Assembly: GCA_024679065.1 (NCBI GenBank)
Contig: JAGIQG010000003.1
Location: 110,236,001-110,300,000 of the forward strand
DNA: 64,000 nucleotides
DNA from: Sphyrna mokarran
Taxonomy: Eukaryota
Reading direction: 5' to 3'
Position 1 is the first letter of the stretch. Each line of letters opens with the position of its first letter. A model generated the notes under the pieces. The model saw only the letters and a list, made by a program, of their open reading frames with translations, made no database searches and was not told where the DNA came from. Positions 1 through 12,809 of the stretch are shown here, piece after piece. The position numbers were made by a program, and so were the translations under genes.

Positions 1-88
1 TTTGGCACACCTCTCTTACTGGAAAATGTTGGTGAAGAACTAGACCCTTCACTTGAGCCTCTTTTGCTCAGACAGACTTTCAAACAAG
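1..88 (+). CDS. DNAH12: DNAH12 coding exon (5'-truncated by window), AAA5 region
   Basis: FGTPLLLENVGEELDPSLEPLLLRQTFKQ, a dynein heavy chain motif; donor AG|GTATC at 89, phase 1. Confidence 0.9.
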
Positions 89-344
89 GTATCAAACTGC
101 TGCTGTCATTTTCGAAACAAAAATTACTTGTTCAAAAACGTTCATGCAAGTTTCTGTAGTCATCTATTTGAATTGAAATAGAGTGAATCAATATTATAAC
201 TGAATATTTTCACATTATACAACTTCTTCTGTGTTTTCATGGTTCATGCAACATTCCCACTTTTCAGATGAAGGTATCAAGTTTTCCTTTTGCTTACCTA
301 AACCAAATTATATTTGCATGAAATGATCTGGACTATTACAAGTA

Positions 345-795
345 TAGAATCACAGAAATTTACAGCAGGGAAACAGGCCCTTCGGCCCAACTTGTCCATG
401 CCGCCCTTTTTTTTTTGAAAACCCCTAAACTAATCCCAATTATCCGCATTTGGCACCCATTCCATCTTACTCATGTAACTGCCTAAATGCTTTTTAAAAG
501 ACAAAATTGTACCCTCTACTACTACCTCTGGCAGCTTGTTCCAGACACTCCACCCTCTGTGTGAAAAAATTGCCCCTCTGGAAACTTTTGTATTTCTACC
601 CTTTCATCTTTGGAAAAGGGTATTGACTATCTAGTCCTCATTATTTTATAGATCTCTATAAGATCACTCTTTAGCCTTTTACACTCCAGGGAAAGAAGTC
701 CCCGTCTGTCCAGCCTTTCATATTTCAAACCATCAAGTCCTGAGAGCATCCTAGTAAATCTTTTTTGCAGTCTTTCTAGTTTAATAATATCCTTT
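345..795 (-). mobile_element. CR1 LINE 3' fragment
   Basis: Reverse complement of the CR1 3' tail (acaggcccttcggccc...) and ORF2 end; shared with other copies in the window. Confidence 0.8.
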
Positions 796-1003
796 TATGT
801 TCCCATGCCATCACATGCATTTATACTGTACATGGATTATCATGGGACGAGAGCAAATATTTGAAAGCATGAAAAATAGTTTTGATGATGGAGGAACCAG
901 TATCTCAGAGTAATACCAATAGCAAATGGTGCATTACATTAAATGTTTTGTCAAAACCATGAAGGGGAGCCTCATTAACTGTTCGCTTTCTCTTTGTTTC
1001 CAG

Positions 1004-1196
1004 GGGGTGTGGATTGTATTAAACTTGGTGAATTGGTTATTGAATATTCAGCTGATTTCCGACTCTACATAACAACAAAATTGAGGAACCCACACTACTT
1101 GCCAGAAGTGGCAACAAAGGTTTCCCTGCTCAACTTTATGATCACCCCTGAGGGGCTTGAGGACCAGCTGTTGGGGATCGTTGTCGCTAAAGAAAG
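1004..1196 (+). CDS. DNAH12: DNAH12 coding exon
   Basis: Pyrimidine tract + CAG acceptor; GVDCIKLG...FRLYITTKLRNPHYLPE...EDQLLGIVVAKE; GT donor at 1197; phases match both neighbours. Confidence 0.92.
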
Positions 1197-1709
1197 GTAT
1201 CTCCAGCCATTTAGAATGTGCATTTTTCTAAATTTAAACTTTTTACTTGACTGAAATGACAATTCAAAGTAGCTTATAATTGTCAGCTTTCATTGCCTGA
1301 CAACTGTGCCAAAACAACAGTGCAAAATATTTAGTTTATGACAATACCATTAATGCATTAGAAAAATATAGTCCTTTTCTTTACCTCCTGATAAAACATT
1401 ATGTCTCTTTATGTCTCTTTTTCTACAACAGAGCACTGCAGTTTTGCAGATGAGATATATTATTTTCACAATCAATATAATATTAGATCAGGAGCCTATT
1501 CTTGCCCTACATACTATGACAAAATTTTACATCATCCATGCATTACTAAAGCCGTTTTCTGAAAATTGCAATGCAATACATTCTTCTTCATTTACCAAGC
1601 GCAGAATCTTCTCTTCCACATTGGAGGGACAAGAAAGTGAACCGATTCCTGTTGCAGGATGGGACGTGTTTTTATGCATAGTCCTGTGCAGCCCACCTCA
1701 TTTGTAATG

Positions 1710-2010
1710 CATTTGCACATTCTACATTGCTTCATATGACATGGCAAGCAAGAAGTTCGGTGCCGTACCATTATGTCCATAAGGCATCTGCAGGACCCCC
1801 CCACCAATTCTACTCTGGACCACCCTCCTTCTCCTCTGGTTAACATCCCCCACTTTCTTCTCTGGACTTCCTCTCTCCTCTCTGTACATCCTTTCCCCCT
1901 CTGGACAACCCTTTCCCTCCATGACCACAAACCCTCACCCATCGTCTCCTCCAGATCAATCTTCTTATGTCTTCCGAACCTACCATATCTGTGCCAGCTC
2001 CAATAATGTG
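1710..2010 (+). mobile_element. Probable Penelope-like element fragment
   Basis: C/T-rich degenerate segment resembling the N-terminal part of a shark PLE ORF; no decisive motif. Confidence 0.35.
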
Positions 2011-2303
2011 GCAAACCTCAACTTCTATGTATGTGCTTTAGAATTCTCCCTTGCTAGATGCATGCCATGAATATTCAGTTGGAAATCAAACCAGGAGTCC
2101 CTGTTGCTATGAATGTATCATACAATGGCTTTTTAAAATATGTAAATTTGTGTATAACATTTTATAAAAAGTAATTCATTTTTTGAGGCGAATTTTCTTT
2201 CATTCTTTGCTTTAAATGTCAGATTTAAATGTGATATACAATGCATATGGCAGTAACCTGCTGCTATGCATATCCTACTGTTGCCCTGAATTTTCACACA
2301 CAA

Positions 2304-2972
2304 AGGGTGAAATTTAATCCAGATGAGAGGGGTCTCTCCCACCACGCACAATGAGTGTGAGAACCTCATGTTGCCTCCTTGCAGGAAGACTCAGCACATT
2401 AATTGCCAGTCAGGCACTTCCCCAGGATCAAGGATCCAAGAGACAGAAAATTGCAGCCTCTGAAAGCTGCTGATCAATCAGAGGCTGACAGTTTATTATT
2501 TACATCAGCACCAAAGGAACACAGGTGATACCTGCTGGCAGTGCACATACCTGAGAGCCAGGGTCAGCAAGGAATGCAGGCCACAAGTGAGTGAGGTTGG
2601 TATGGGGTTGGAGAGAGGGCATCATTTGCTTGTAGACTAGAGGGAATGGGAGGAAAGGACAGGATTGTGGCTTTCAGCAGGCCATCCTTTCCAAATATCA
2701 GATCGCTCAATCAGGTACTGATTACCTTTGAATGAAGGAATGATGGAATCTCCTCCCTGGGAGCCCACACTCAATCTCAACAGCATTTGGTTTTTGAACT
2801 TTCTGTGTGGGAACTGACCCACCTGCCACTGGTTAAATACCAGCAGCAGTAGGATGAAGCCCTGAAATGGAGCAGAGGTAGGAAACCAATCGGGTCCCCA
2901 CCTGGCATAATTTCTGCTTATTTAAATGCCCCCCTATCTCTAAACTTGTCTCAGGGAGGCATCAAATTCTGC
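2304..2972. mobile_element. Harbinger-type non-autonomous element (MITE)
   Basis: GGGTGAAATTT...AAATTCTGC ends; internal agctgctgatcaatcagaggctg shared with the 63482 and 55710 elements. Confidence 0.5.
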
Positions 2973-3134
2973 TTAAATTGTGCGAATAATGCAAAGATTA
3001 TTCTTAACAAGATTTTGGTTTGCCCTATTGTTGTGTGAGTTGTGGTCATTACTTGCCACTTTACTATGTTTCCAATCCTAGTTATGTTACTTGTTGGTGG
3101 CAGCTGTTCCTCAAAATCAAGAGACAATGTTAGA

Positions 3135-4690
3135 CAGAATTGACGAGTCTTCAGATGATTGAGCAGCCCCATTCTGGATTCACGAGTTCTTCAACCATGG
3201 GGGCATGCTGTTATATGGGGGAACGGAATTTGCAGCCTTGGATCGGCTTCTTGCTTCTTTCTCTACTGCTGCCATTCAGCCTCACTGTCAAATCAATGAG
3301 CTTCAAAGTGGCTTGCACTTCAGACCAAGAGGAGGCATATGAGTGGTCTACAGCCTTCTTCTCCCAGTTAGTGGTGTTAATGCCTTCCAGAGTGGCATTG
3401 AGCATATCTTGCTACCTTTTCCATTGCAATCCTTATGATCATTCAATGTTAGCCAATGACGAGTTGGGAGAAGAGAACTTGTCGAGGAAGGTGATTTCTG
3501 GGCATCTGGATGCAATCTCCTATCTACTGGAGTTGGCTTTGCAGGAGCTGGGCTTCAATACTGGTAGACACAGCTTCATGAAAGATAGTGATGTTAGCCC
3601 ACGGGTCCTTGGATTTGACACTAGCACTGCTGATGGAAGTTCTGAAGGATCTTAATGTGTCGTCAAAAATCAGTCCAGGTTTCACTTCGATAGAGGAGGG
3701 TGGTAAACACTCATAAACCAAGATGCTTGCTGACTTCCAAAGGCCCTTGTTGTCAAGAAAATGTTGGCTTGAAGAAGTTAGTGCTGGCACAATTGACTTG
3801 ATGCTGGACTTCCTCATCAATGGTAATCCCCTGAGAGAGTGGCTGCCGATGTATAACGAGTGCTGCACATACTCCAGAGCCATCCCACCTACATGGATGG
3901 CACAGAGCATAGATGCTCATTGGCCTGGGAAAGGTTGCTTCATCTTGACGATGTTTCAAGATAGGCCATGCCTCTGACTGGAGATGTTGATGAGGTTAAG
4001 TTTCCTTTGTGCGTTCAGCATAGACTAAGCCATCAAGCAGCTGGTGTTCATGGATGCCCATGATGGTAATTTTTATTTTTGTCCACAAGTAACCAAAACT
4101 GAAAAGCTTCCAGCCAGGCAATACTGGATGCAGATACTGGATGGTAGGTCATCTTGGATGAGTTGGACAATGACAGGTAAATGGTAAAGAAGGCAGGAGT
4201 GATCATATTGGCTTGTTTAACCCTAGTCCAATATGAAAGGAATCAGTTTCAGATCTTCCAATCAGGACAGTCACTTTGTATTATCATGCAGGAGTATCAG
4301 GATATTGACAAACTTCAATAGGCAACCAAAGCGTTGGAAGATGATCCAAAGAGCTTCATGGTTTAAAGAATCAAACACTTTGATCAGATTGATTAAGGTG
4401 AGGAACAATTCTTGGTTTGCCCTGACATTTTTCTTGACTCCGCATTAACCATCAAAATCATGTCCATGATAGTCTGTGACGGTCGGAAGCCACACTGAGT
4501 TTCTGTAAGAATCTCCTCAGCACAGGACAAAGGTGGTTCAGAAGGATGTGGATCAGCTCTTACCCACAATGGGCAGGGAGAAATACGCCTGTAGTTTCTG
4601 TATGCTATTTCATGCCATTACTGTCATAAAAGTGCTGTGTATTCTGGGTGAAAAAACATTACCCACTGCTCCACGATACCACATGTCTCA
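3135..4690 (-). mobile_element. RTE-clade LINE, degenerate
   Basis: Frameshifted RT/C-terminal motifs on - strand: LLHDN, LEYVQHxLYIGS, ITIDEEVQHQVNCASTNF, C-terminal GLLNHLKTR. Confidence 0.75.
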
Positions 4691-5154
4691 AATACACATT
4701 TGTTATTAGAAACTTTTAGTTGGTAAAAGACATTGAAGACATGTATCAAAATTTCTGTTAGTGGGATCTGACTATGCACATGTTGATTTCAGGGTTACCA
4801 TATACTAGAATGATGTACTCTATTGTATACAACGTTCTCTATTGACTTTGAGGGGTGTGAGGAATGTGGTTTATCTCATTGTGCCCTGCAGCATTGCCAA
4901 GTCACACTCTGAGGGTGCAAAAAGCACTATACGCATGGTGTAGTGAGGCCCCTCTGAGTGGCCTTTAAAGTTAATTTATTAATCACAAGTAGATTTACAT
5001 TTTTACCATGAAAATCCCCACTGTGCTGAAAGAAATTAAACAGCATTGTACTTTATGTAACATCAATTTTTAATTTTTGTACATTATGATTTTACAAATT
5101 TATGAATAAAGTACATTATTCAGCAAAAAAAATGCTTTCAATTTGTTTAACTAG

Positions 5155-5347
5155 GCCTGAACTGGAGGAAGAGCGAAATGCACTGATATTGCAGTCTGCA
5201 TCCAATAAGAAGCAATTGAAGGAAATTGAAGATAAAATTCTTGAGACACTTGAGGGCTCTGAAGGAAACATTCTGGAAGATGAAAGTGCCATTAAAATCT
5301 TGGACTCTGCCAAAATTATGTCCAATGAGATTACCAAGAAACAGCAG
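5155..5347 (+). CDS. DNAH12: DNAH12 coding exon (strut/buttress coiled coil)
   Basis: TAG acceptor; PELEEERNALILQSASNKKQLKEIEDKILETL...ITKKQQ; donor GTAAGA. Confidence 0.92.
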
Positions 5348-5543
5348 GTAAGAATCTGACAAGGTATAGGTCAAAGTGTTCTCAAAAGCTATATTTACTG
5401 CTTATTTTTGAAAGTCATTTTGTAATTGTGTTTGAGAAACCTGTCTTTTTCATGTGAGTTATGTGCCTTGTTCTATTGAATGATAGGTGGGTAATTTAAC
5501 AGCTGCTTAGAGTTGGAGTCAGGAGGAAAATATATAAACAAGA

Positions 5544-5795
5544 ACATATTTACATCGCAGAAGAATACTTTTTGGCCCATCTTGTGTATACCAGCCAAGA
5601 AAGAGCTCTACAGCTAAGTCCCATTCTCCAGGTTTTGGTTGAGCATCCTATAGGATATAGCACTTAAACTGGCATCCAAATTCCTTTCAAATTTTTTGAG
5701 GGTTTCCACCTTTACTTTTAGGCAGCGAGTTCCAGGCTCCCACCATTCATTGGGCAAAAGATTTCTTCTCAAATCACCTTGAATCCTTCTGCCAA
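5544..5795 (-). mobile_element. CR1 LINE 3' fragment
   Basis: CR1 3' end (gaacata...ttttggccc) in reverse orientation. Confidence 0.65.
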
Positions 5796-6630
5796 ATTTT
5801 ATATAAGAAAAATATTGGGTGCTTGTGATAAAGAGTGACAAGGGCATCAATAATCATGAGTGACTTTAATCTATATATAAACTAGAAAAAACATTGGCAG
5901 CAGTAACCTGGATGAGGAGTTCTTAGAATACTTTTGAAGTAGTTTCTCAGAAAGAAATTTTTGGAGCCAACCAGCGAAGGTTATTTTAGATTTAATATTG
6001 TATAATGTGATAGTATTAATTAATGACCTCAGAGTAAAGGCACCCCTCAGTAGCAGCAACCACAATTGGATTGAATTTTATTGGTATTTTTATCCTAGTG
6101 TCTTGTTGCATATGTTAATATTTTATTTGTACTGCTTTGTTGTTACTTTAGCTCTTCCAATCTGCTGGATTTCCTACATTTGTGTTAACCCTTTTATTTG
6201 ACTAAATGCTATTTTCTGCCTTGTTTATTGACCAGTTGCACAACTTGCTTTTTATAAGTGTAGTTAATTTTGAATGATGTCCACTGTTTGTCGGTAGGTT
6301 TATCCATTAACCTACAGACCAGCTGACTGTGGGCAATTTATTTCTCATCTGTTTGAAGCTTACCTTACTTAATCTTACAATTATACTTTTTGAATCTTTC
6401 TTTTTTCTCTTAAATCTATTATCAAATTCAATGATATTTGGTTACCATTTACAGATATCTTTTACTGTCAGATTGTTAACTAATTCTGCTACATTACTCA
6501 TCATTTAAGTGTGCACTTTTTTGCCACAAAGAAAGTGAGAGTGATATCCACTGGTACAGTTGCTATCAGAATCTTCAGCTGTTCTGTACTCTTTGTTCAC
6601 TTCGTATTAATTATTTATTATCTGTTTCAG

Positions 6631-6803
6631 ATCGCTGAAAGAACGGAATTGAAAATTGCAGAATCTCGAGAAGGATACAGACCAATTGCTAAGCATTCTG
6701 CTATCCTTTTCTTCAGCATTGCTGATCTGGCCAATATTGACCCTATGTACCAGTACTCCCTAAGTTGGTTTGTCATGCTCTTTGTCCAATCTATCCATGA
6801 CAG
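6631..6803 (+). CDS. DNAH12: DNAH12 coding exon
   Basis: TTTCAG acceptor; IAERTELKIAESREGYRPIAKHSAILFFSIADLANIDPMYQYSLSWF; donor GTAGG. Confidence 0.92.
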
Positions 6804-6850
6804 GTAGGGATATCAGAATTGTATGAAATTTCCATAGTTTTAACTACCTT

Positions 6851-7505
6851 AGAACATAGAACATTACAGCACGGTACAGGCCCTTCGGCCCTCAATGCTG
6901 TGCTGACCTGTGAAAACTAATCAGAAGCCCATCTAACCTATACTATTCCAATATCATCCATATGTTTATCCAATGACCATTTAAATGCCCTTAATGTTGG
7001 CGAGTCCACTACTGTTGCAGGCAAGACGTTCCACACCCTTACTATTCTCTAAGATCCTACCTCTGACATCTGTTCTATATATTATCACCCCTCAAATTAA
7101 AGCTATGTCCCCTCATGCTAGCCATCACCATCCGAGGAAAAAGGCTGTCACTGTCCATCCTATCTAATCCTTTGATCACCTTATATGCCTCAATTAAGTC
7201 ATTTCTTAACCACCTTCTTGCTAACAAAAACAGCTTCAAGTCCCTCAGCCTTTCCTCATAAAATCTTCCCACCATATCAGGCAACATCCTGGTAAATCTT
7301 ATCTGCACTCTTTCCAATGCTTCCACATCCTTCCTATAATACGGCGACCAGAACTGTGTGCAATACTCAAAGTGCAGCCGCAACAGAGTTTTGTACAGTT
7401 GCAACATGACCTCATGATTCCAAAACTCAATCCCTCTACCAATAAAAGTTAACACAACGAATGTCTTCTTAATAACTGTATCAACCTGGGTGCCAACTTC
7501 CAGGG
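6851..7505 (-). mobile_element. CR1 LINE 3' fragment
   Basis: ORF 7075-7455 LYKTLLRLHFEYCTQFWSPYYRKDVEALERVQ plus CR1 tail (agaacatagaacat). Confidence 0.9.
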
Positions 7506-7869
7506 ATGTTAAAAAGAGTCATATGTATTTCATGTATTTGAAGGACTAGGGCCTGCACACCTGATCACAAGCGATGCATAAAGGATAGGGGAGAGGGCCT
7601 GGATGGAGGGAAACAGAGATATCTCAACAGTAATAAATAGTTTAGAGTTTGCAAAGAATAGATTTGGATAAAATTAGTATTGCATCCAGTGAGCAAGTGA
7701 ATCAACTAAATTGCTTTGTTCTGGATAATGTTGAGCTTTATGACTATTATTGTGATGGTGATTAATATGAGTACAGGGAATAGAGTGGTCTTAAAGCCAG
7801 TGGTTTATACCTGTATTTAAATAGATGAGAGAAAATAATGGATACTGCGGTTCAGGTTCACCTAATTAT

Positions 7870-8455
7870 CTCAGTTACATCATCACTGCAGGAGTTCCTC
7901 AGTGTCGTGTCCTAGGCCCAACCAACTTCAGTTGCTTCATTGATTACCCTCCTTTGGTCATAAATTCAGAAGTAGGAGTGTTTGTTGGTAATTGAACTAT
8001 GTTCAGCACAATTCCCGACTCTTCAGATCCTGTAGTGTCCATGTTCAGGTGCAGCTATACCTAGCCAATATCCAGGCTTGGGTTGACAAGTGGCAAGTAA
8101 CTTTTAAAAGATTAATTGAAGGGATATGGCTTCACTGGCAGGGCCAGCATTTATTGTTCCACCCCAATTGCTCTTGAGAAGATGCTGAGCTGCTTTCTTG
8201 AATCTTTGCCGTCCATGAGGTATGGGTCCACTCATGGCAATGGCCATCTCCAACAAGACAGAGTCTAACCATTACCCTGTGATATTCAATTACATTACTA
8301 TTGCTGAATTCTTCAACTATTAACATCCTTCGGTTTTCCATTGACCAGCAACTGAACTGAACTAGTCAAATAAATACTATGGCTGAGGCTACGAAACCTG
8401 CAGCAAGTAACTCACCAAATCCTGTCCACCATCTACAGGGAGTGTGATGGAATAA
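7870..8455 (+). mobile_element. Older CR1-type LINE fragment
   Basis: RT motifs ggagttcctcag...gtcctaggccc (GVPQxxVLGP) and WVDKWQVTF. Confidence 0.65.
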
Positions 8456-9019
8456 ATAAAGTTCTCTCTAATACAGACTTCACTACATTAAAAAAATACT
8501 CTCAGTCATTAAAATACATTTAATACAATTCCCTCAAATACTTAAGCCTCTATTAAAACAAATATTTGTATTCATAATCCACACTAAAGTTGCTAATCCT
8601 TTAATAACATCGTGGAACTATCAATCAAACTGTGAACTTTCAGTTCCCCACTGTGATAATGGCAGGTTGTAGAAACAGAAAAGCAGCAATTATGCTATAT
8701 TTATCACCCTTCCGCTTATGTCAACAAACATCTATTAACATTACTGGAAACAATTCTTTTCTATCAGACACAGGTAGGCAGCTCTTTTCAAAATTTAAAA
8801 GGCAGGGGATTGAAATAACTGGATAGTTCAACAGTTCTACAGATCTTATCAGTCTTTCATATGCATTTACTTCTCCACCATGAAGTTTGGAATATATATT
8901 GCGGCTCGATGTTATGACTGGAATGAAAATCAGATCTGCATTGAATTTAAATGGCCTAGCCAATTCATCTTTTGTGCCAGTGCATTTCAACCCAGGCTCC
9001 TTTCCCCTGCTCTGAAAAT

Positions 9020-9759
9020 GGGATTTGCTGGAAGTGGGGTAGGACGTACAGATCCTGGTCCCATCACCAATTTCTAGGTTTTTGAAGTCTCCCCAACTCC
9101 AAAGTCATGGACAAAGCCAATTGGGATAGTAGATAAAAAGAGATACCAAAGAGGCTGAAACGGATGATAGCCAGCAATTCAAGAGGGAATATACATTTTA
9201 AGTAGAGTATGCATCAGAAAGTGTGAGTCAATAGATTGTGTCATACGTATCAAGGCTGGCACACTGTATGGGAGAAAAACACTTCTTCAATTAGCTTTAA
9301 CTTTATGGAAAATCTTAAGGTTATGTTATGTTAAAATGTTTGGTCAGTAACAGTGTAGAAAAATATGTAAAGCAAAAATATATATATTGCATATCTTGCC
9401 GACCTGAAAAAAAATGTCCTAGTTAACATCTTTAAACAGAAAAGGAAAGTTATAAATTTGGATATAACTCTTTGGAGTTTAAACCTTTTCTCTTTTTCTA
9501 CTTTATGATGATATGATCTCGATTCTCCTAAGTACATTCTGTGTCGAATTTGCAGGAAAACTGGAGTAGATCACACTTTCTTTTCAGTGTGACTTCAGAC
9601 AAGAATCTCCCACACTGTTTGCAATTTAGAGGTCACAATTGGGAATATCATTAAAAGCTCAGGGGATTTGCGGCAAGTGGGGTGGGACATGCAGATCCTG
9701 GTCCCATCACCAATTTCTAGATCTTTGAAATCTCCCCAACTCCAAAGTCGTAGACAAAG
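9020..9759 (+). repeat. 97-bp direct repeat pair (9020-9116 and 9663-9759)
   Basis: Ungapped alignment by eye, 10 mismatches. Confidence 0.9.
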
Positions 9760-10683
9760 GGGACCTATTCATGACATAGGCTGACATGCTCAGAGGCCTC
9801 AAACTGTCAGCGTGAAGTTTGCTGGTCAGCTTGATTGCTGGCCAGCCCTGGATTTTCACAATACTACCACTCCCCAATCACAGTCCCCCGTCCATTCATC
9901 TGCCAGCCCCAAACAGCCCCTCCACCCTGGACTGCTCGAACTACAGTCCCTCGCCAAAAGTGACGATTTCCCCCCATCCCCGGCAGACCCCCACCCCACT
10001 CCACAACTCCGGCTGACAATCCCCATCCCAGCCCACCCCAATCACTGGTCTTCCTCCAGTCCCAATCAATTGTAATGGCAGAGTTACAGCAGGAACCCCA
10101 CATCCCCATGATCACCCCTAGGCTCTGCCCCCAGCACTTGGCTGATATACTGGTTATCTCCTGGTGCCTTTGCAAGTACAGGGAAAAAATCCCCATTGGC
10201 CCCACCCCTTTGCACTGCCCAGTATCTGATGGGCAATGCCAAGGTGCCCTCTTGGCATGGGCTTTTAGCCCTTGGACTGTGCTGGCAGCACATTGTCCCT
10301 GGAGAAGTGCCATGGGGCAAGGCTATCTCTGCCACAGTGCTCATACCCAATGGGTGCCCAACTCCCAGGAGGTCCCCGATTGCTCCCCCTTCACTCCAGT
10401 GGGTCTTCCTGCAAGATCCCCAAAAGTGGGGAGCTAGTCTAAACCCCACTAGCGTGAATTACTCCTGATTGGGTGAGAGATGCCAACTACACTAAAATAA
10501 AATCAAAGTACTTTCCTGGTGTTCCCACTGGTTTCCAGCATACTCAGAAAGCACCGGATATCCGGCACTGGGCGACGTGCGCATGGCGGAAATGCATGCA
10601 CAAATCCCATGAATCAGCCAACTAGCGATTCTCTCGGCCCGCTGCACTAAAAATTAACGTGTTAGGATGGGAGAATTGCCCCC
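9513..10683. mobile_element. Long GC-rich Harbinger-type non-autonomous element
   Basis: Ends CGATTCTCC / GGGAGAATTGCCCC; homologous in opposite orientation to the elements at 25958 and 42288. Confidence 0.7.
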
Positions 10684-11035
10684 TATATATTAACTGCACT
10701 GAATAGTGAGAATGTGAAATAGCTTGTGCATTACCAAAAAAGAAGTTAAGATAAATTGTTGATAAAGTCTGCTGACCATGAGAAAGGTGAGACACATTAG
10801 GTAAAGGAAAATGCTCTTTTTTGAAAAAACATAATTTTTCTAGCAGTTGGCAGGGTTTTGATCCAAATTAAGGCATTCTAGAACTGCAGTCCTTTGTATT
10901 GTTTTGTTTATAAGAATTTTGCCATTCTCTATTCCAAGTGTTAAGTGTGCTATTAAGTCAAAAATTTGAACATCCATACCAAAGAACGTAATTTAATAAC
11001 AGATATAAACTGAAATCTTATGTTTTCCTCACCAG

Positions 11036-11176
11036 TAATAAGTCGAAAATTTTGGAAAAGCGGCTTCGTTATCTGAATGATCACTTCACGTACAATTTGT
11101 ACTCCAATGTTTGCCGCTCTCTATTTGAGAAGGACAAGTTGCTCTTTTCCTTCCTATTGTGCTGTAATCTGCTCTT
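11036..11176 (+). CDS. DNAH12: DNAH12 coding exon
   Basis: Not in the ORF track. CAG acceptor; [42 protein letters not shown]; donor GTAAGT. Confidence 0.92.
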
Positions 11177-11479
11177 GTAAGTAGCTGTTTTCACAAACTT
11201 CTCCCCAAAATTACTGTAATTTTAAACCACTATATCTTGTTGAGAACAATAAAAAGATGATCGTATCCATATAATTATGTAATGAACTATAATGCATAGG
11301 TTTATGTGACTGCTTACAATTTTAATATAATATGGTTTTATAGAAAAATGTGAAAACCAGATCCATATGGCATATAAGTAGCTTGATTTTTCTGCTCAAA
11401 TCCAGAGCTGAAAATAATCCTAATGTTTGGTAGAGTCTAACACTCTTTGGTTCTCATACTTTAGGATAAATAGTTTGAT

Positions 11480-11880
11480 AAAAGTTCTGAATGTAGTTGG
11501 AAAGGAAGAAGCCGTACAATATTGGGATAAATGACCATAAGTTTGGTCAAAAAAGTAGGTTCTAAGAAGCATTTTAAAGGAGGAAAGCCTATTGGAGAGA
11601 TTTGGGTAGCCAATTCCAGAGTATAAGACCCAGGTAGCTAAAGGTACAATTGCCAATATTGGAATGATTAAAATTCAAGGTGTTTTAGAAGTGGAAGAGT
11701 GCAGAGATCTCAGGGGGTTGTATGGATGGAAGGAATAATGAGATAAGAGTAAAGCTATTGAGACATTTGAAAACTGGGATGAGAATGTTAAAATTAAGGT
11801 ATTGCATAACTGGAAGCCAGTGTAATTCAGCAAGCTAAAAAGGACAATGGGTGGATAGATTTGGTATCAGTTAGGCTTCC
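11480..11880 (-). mobile_element. L2 LINE 3' fragment
   Basis: LSSFKMLLRTYFFDQTYGH, a typical L2 ORF2 C-terminus. Confidence 0.7.
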
Positions 11881-11961
11881 TGAAGAGCGTCATATTATGG
11901 ATTGTCAACATCAATTGATCAATATCTAGTTCATGTTTCTCATTAATGGCTCAGAGACAGA

Positions 11962-12052
11962 AGGTGGGATTTTACAGCCAAGGTCAACAAAGATTTTTTT
12001 CAGACCCTGGCCTGTTCTGATTCGGTGGCGGCCAAGGTGGTAGAATTCTGGT
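11962..12052. mobile_element. Short MITE (~120-bp family), partly deleted
   Basis: GGTGGGATTTT...GAATTCTGG; homologous to the 13058, 25804, 31708 and 41623 copies. Confidence 0.6.
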
Positions 12053-12059
12053 GAATATT

Positions 12060-12715
12060 TAGTTCTGGGAAGATTGTTGTAGGGAATGTAAGATAACTAA
12101 ATTGCTGAACAAATGGCATTTCAGAAAGTTGACTGTGTTTGTTTACTGGATTTAGGATGAAAGCATGGGGACACAATAAAACAGCTGATGGGCTTACTGA
12201 TCTGGAGACATGATCTCTACACTGCTTGCATAGAAGTGCAGTCCAGATAGGCATTTTGTTTTGAGAGTTAGAGCTAGATTATGTTAAAACATTTAGTGAA
12301 TCCTGAAAGACTATATATCTTAGAGATGGTTGGAGTTAGAAAGATTCTTTGTTTTCAATTTTTATGTATTTGCCAGGAGAGGGGGTTGGTTGCACTTTGA
12401 ACTTCATGTGGTTTGTAGCTCACAGAGAAGCTCTGGGAGCTGTTAACAGACTCCAGGTTGTTAGGGCTCAGAAAAAGTCCTGGAGAGCTTTGAATGTTGT
12501 AGAAGATCTCTGGTTCTGTGCTGGAGACAGTAAGACTCAAAGAAGCCCTGGGAGCCATTTATAGCTCCATGCAGCAAGAGTCTGAAGTTCTGAGAAACTC
12601 GGAAGCCATTCAACCTCAATGAAACTAGCAGACTGTGTTTGACTTGGAAATGTGCTAGTAATTAGAAGTGGGCGTGCAGCTTCTTGAATCTTATTGAATA
12701 CTGTCTTGGAAGAAG
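12060..12715 (+). mobile_element. LTR-like repeat remnant
   Basis: Composition and motifs resemble the LTR-like element at 14906; no coding motifs. Confidence 0.3.
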
Positions 12716-12809
12716 TAATTGAACAGCATGGTCAGTGCAGGCTTGGAGAGCTGAAAGGTCTGTTCCGTTGCTGTAATTTTTTTTGTTCTTTGTTCCCCTC
12801 TGATCACTC

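Noticed and set aside
89-1204. Possible U12-type donors (GTATCA at 89, GTATCT at 1197)
   Set aside because: They lack the GTATCCTT consensus and no matching U12 branch site was seen; treated as ordinary U2 introns.
3140-3655. 171-aa + strand ORF with a hydrophobic stretch
   Set aside because: It is the antisense shadow of the RTE LINE on the - strand.
9812-10468. Cluster of overlapping ORFs on both strands (likewise 42433-43177 and 47665-48386)
   Set aside because: GC-rich transposon interiors are depleted in stops; there are no recognisable domains or splice structure.
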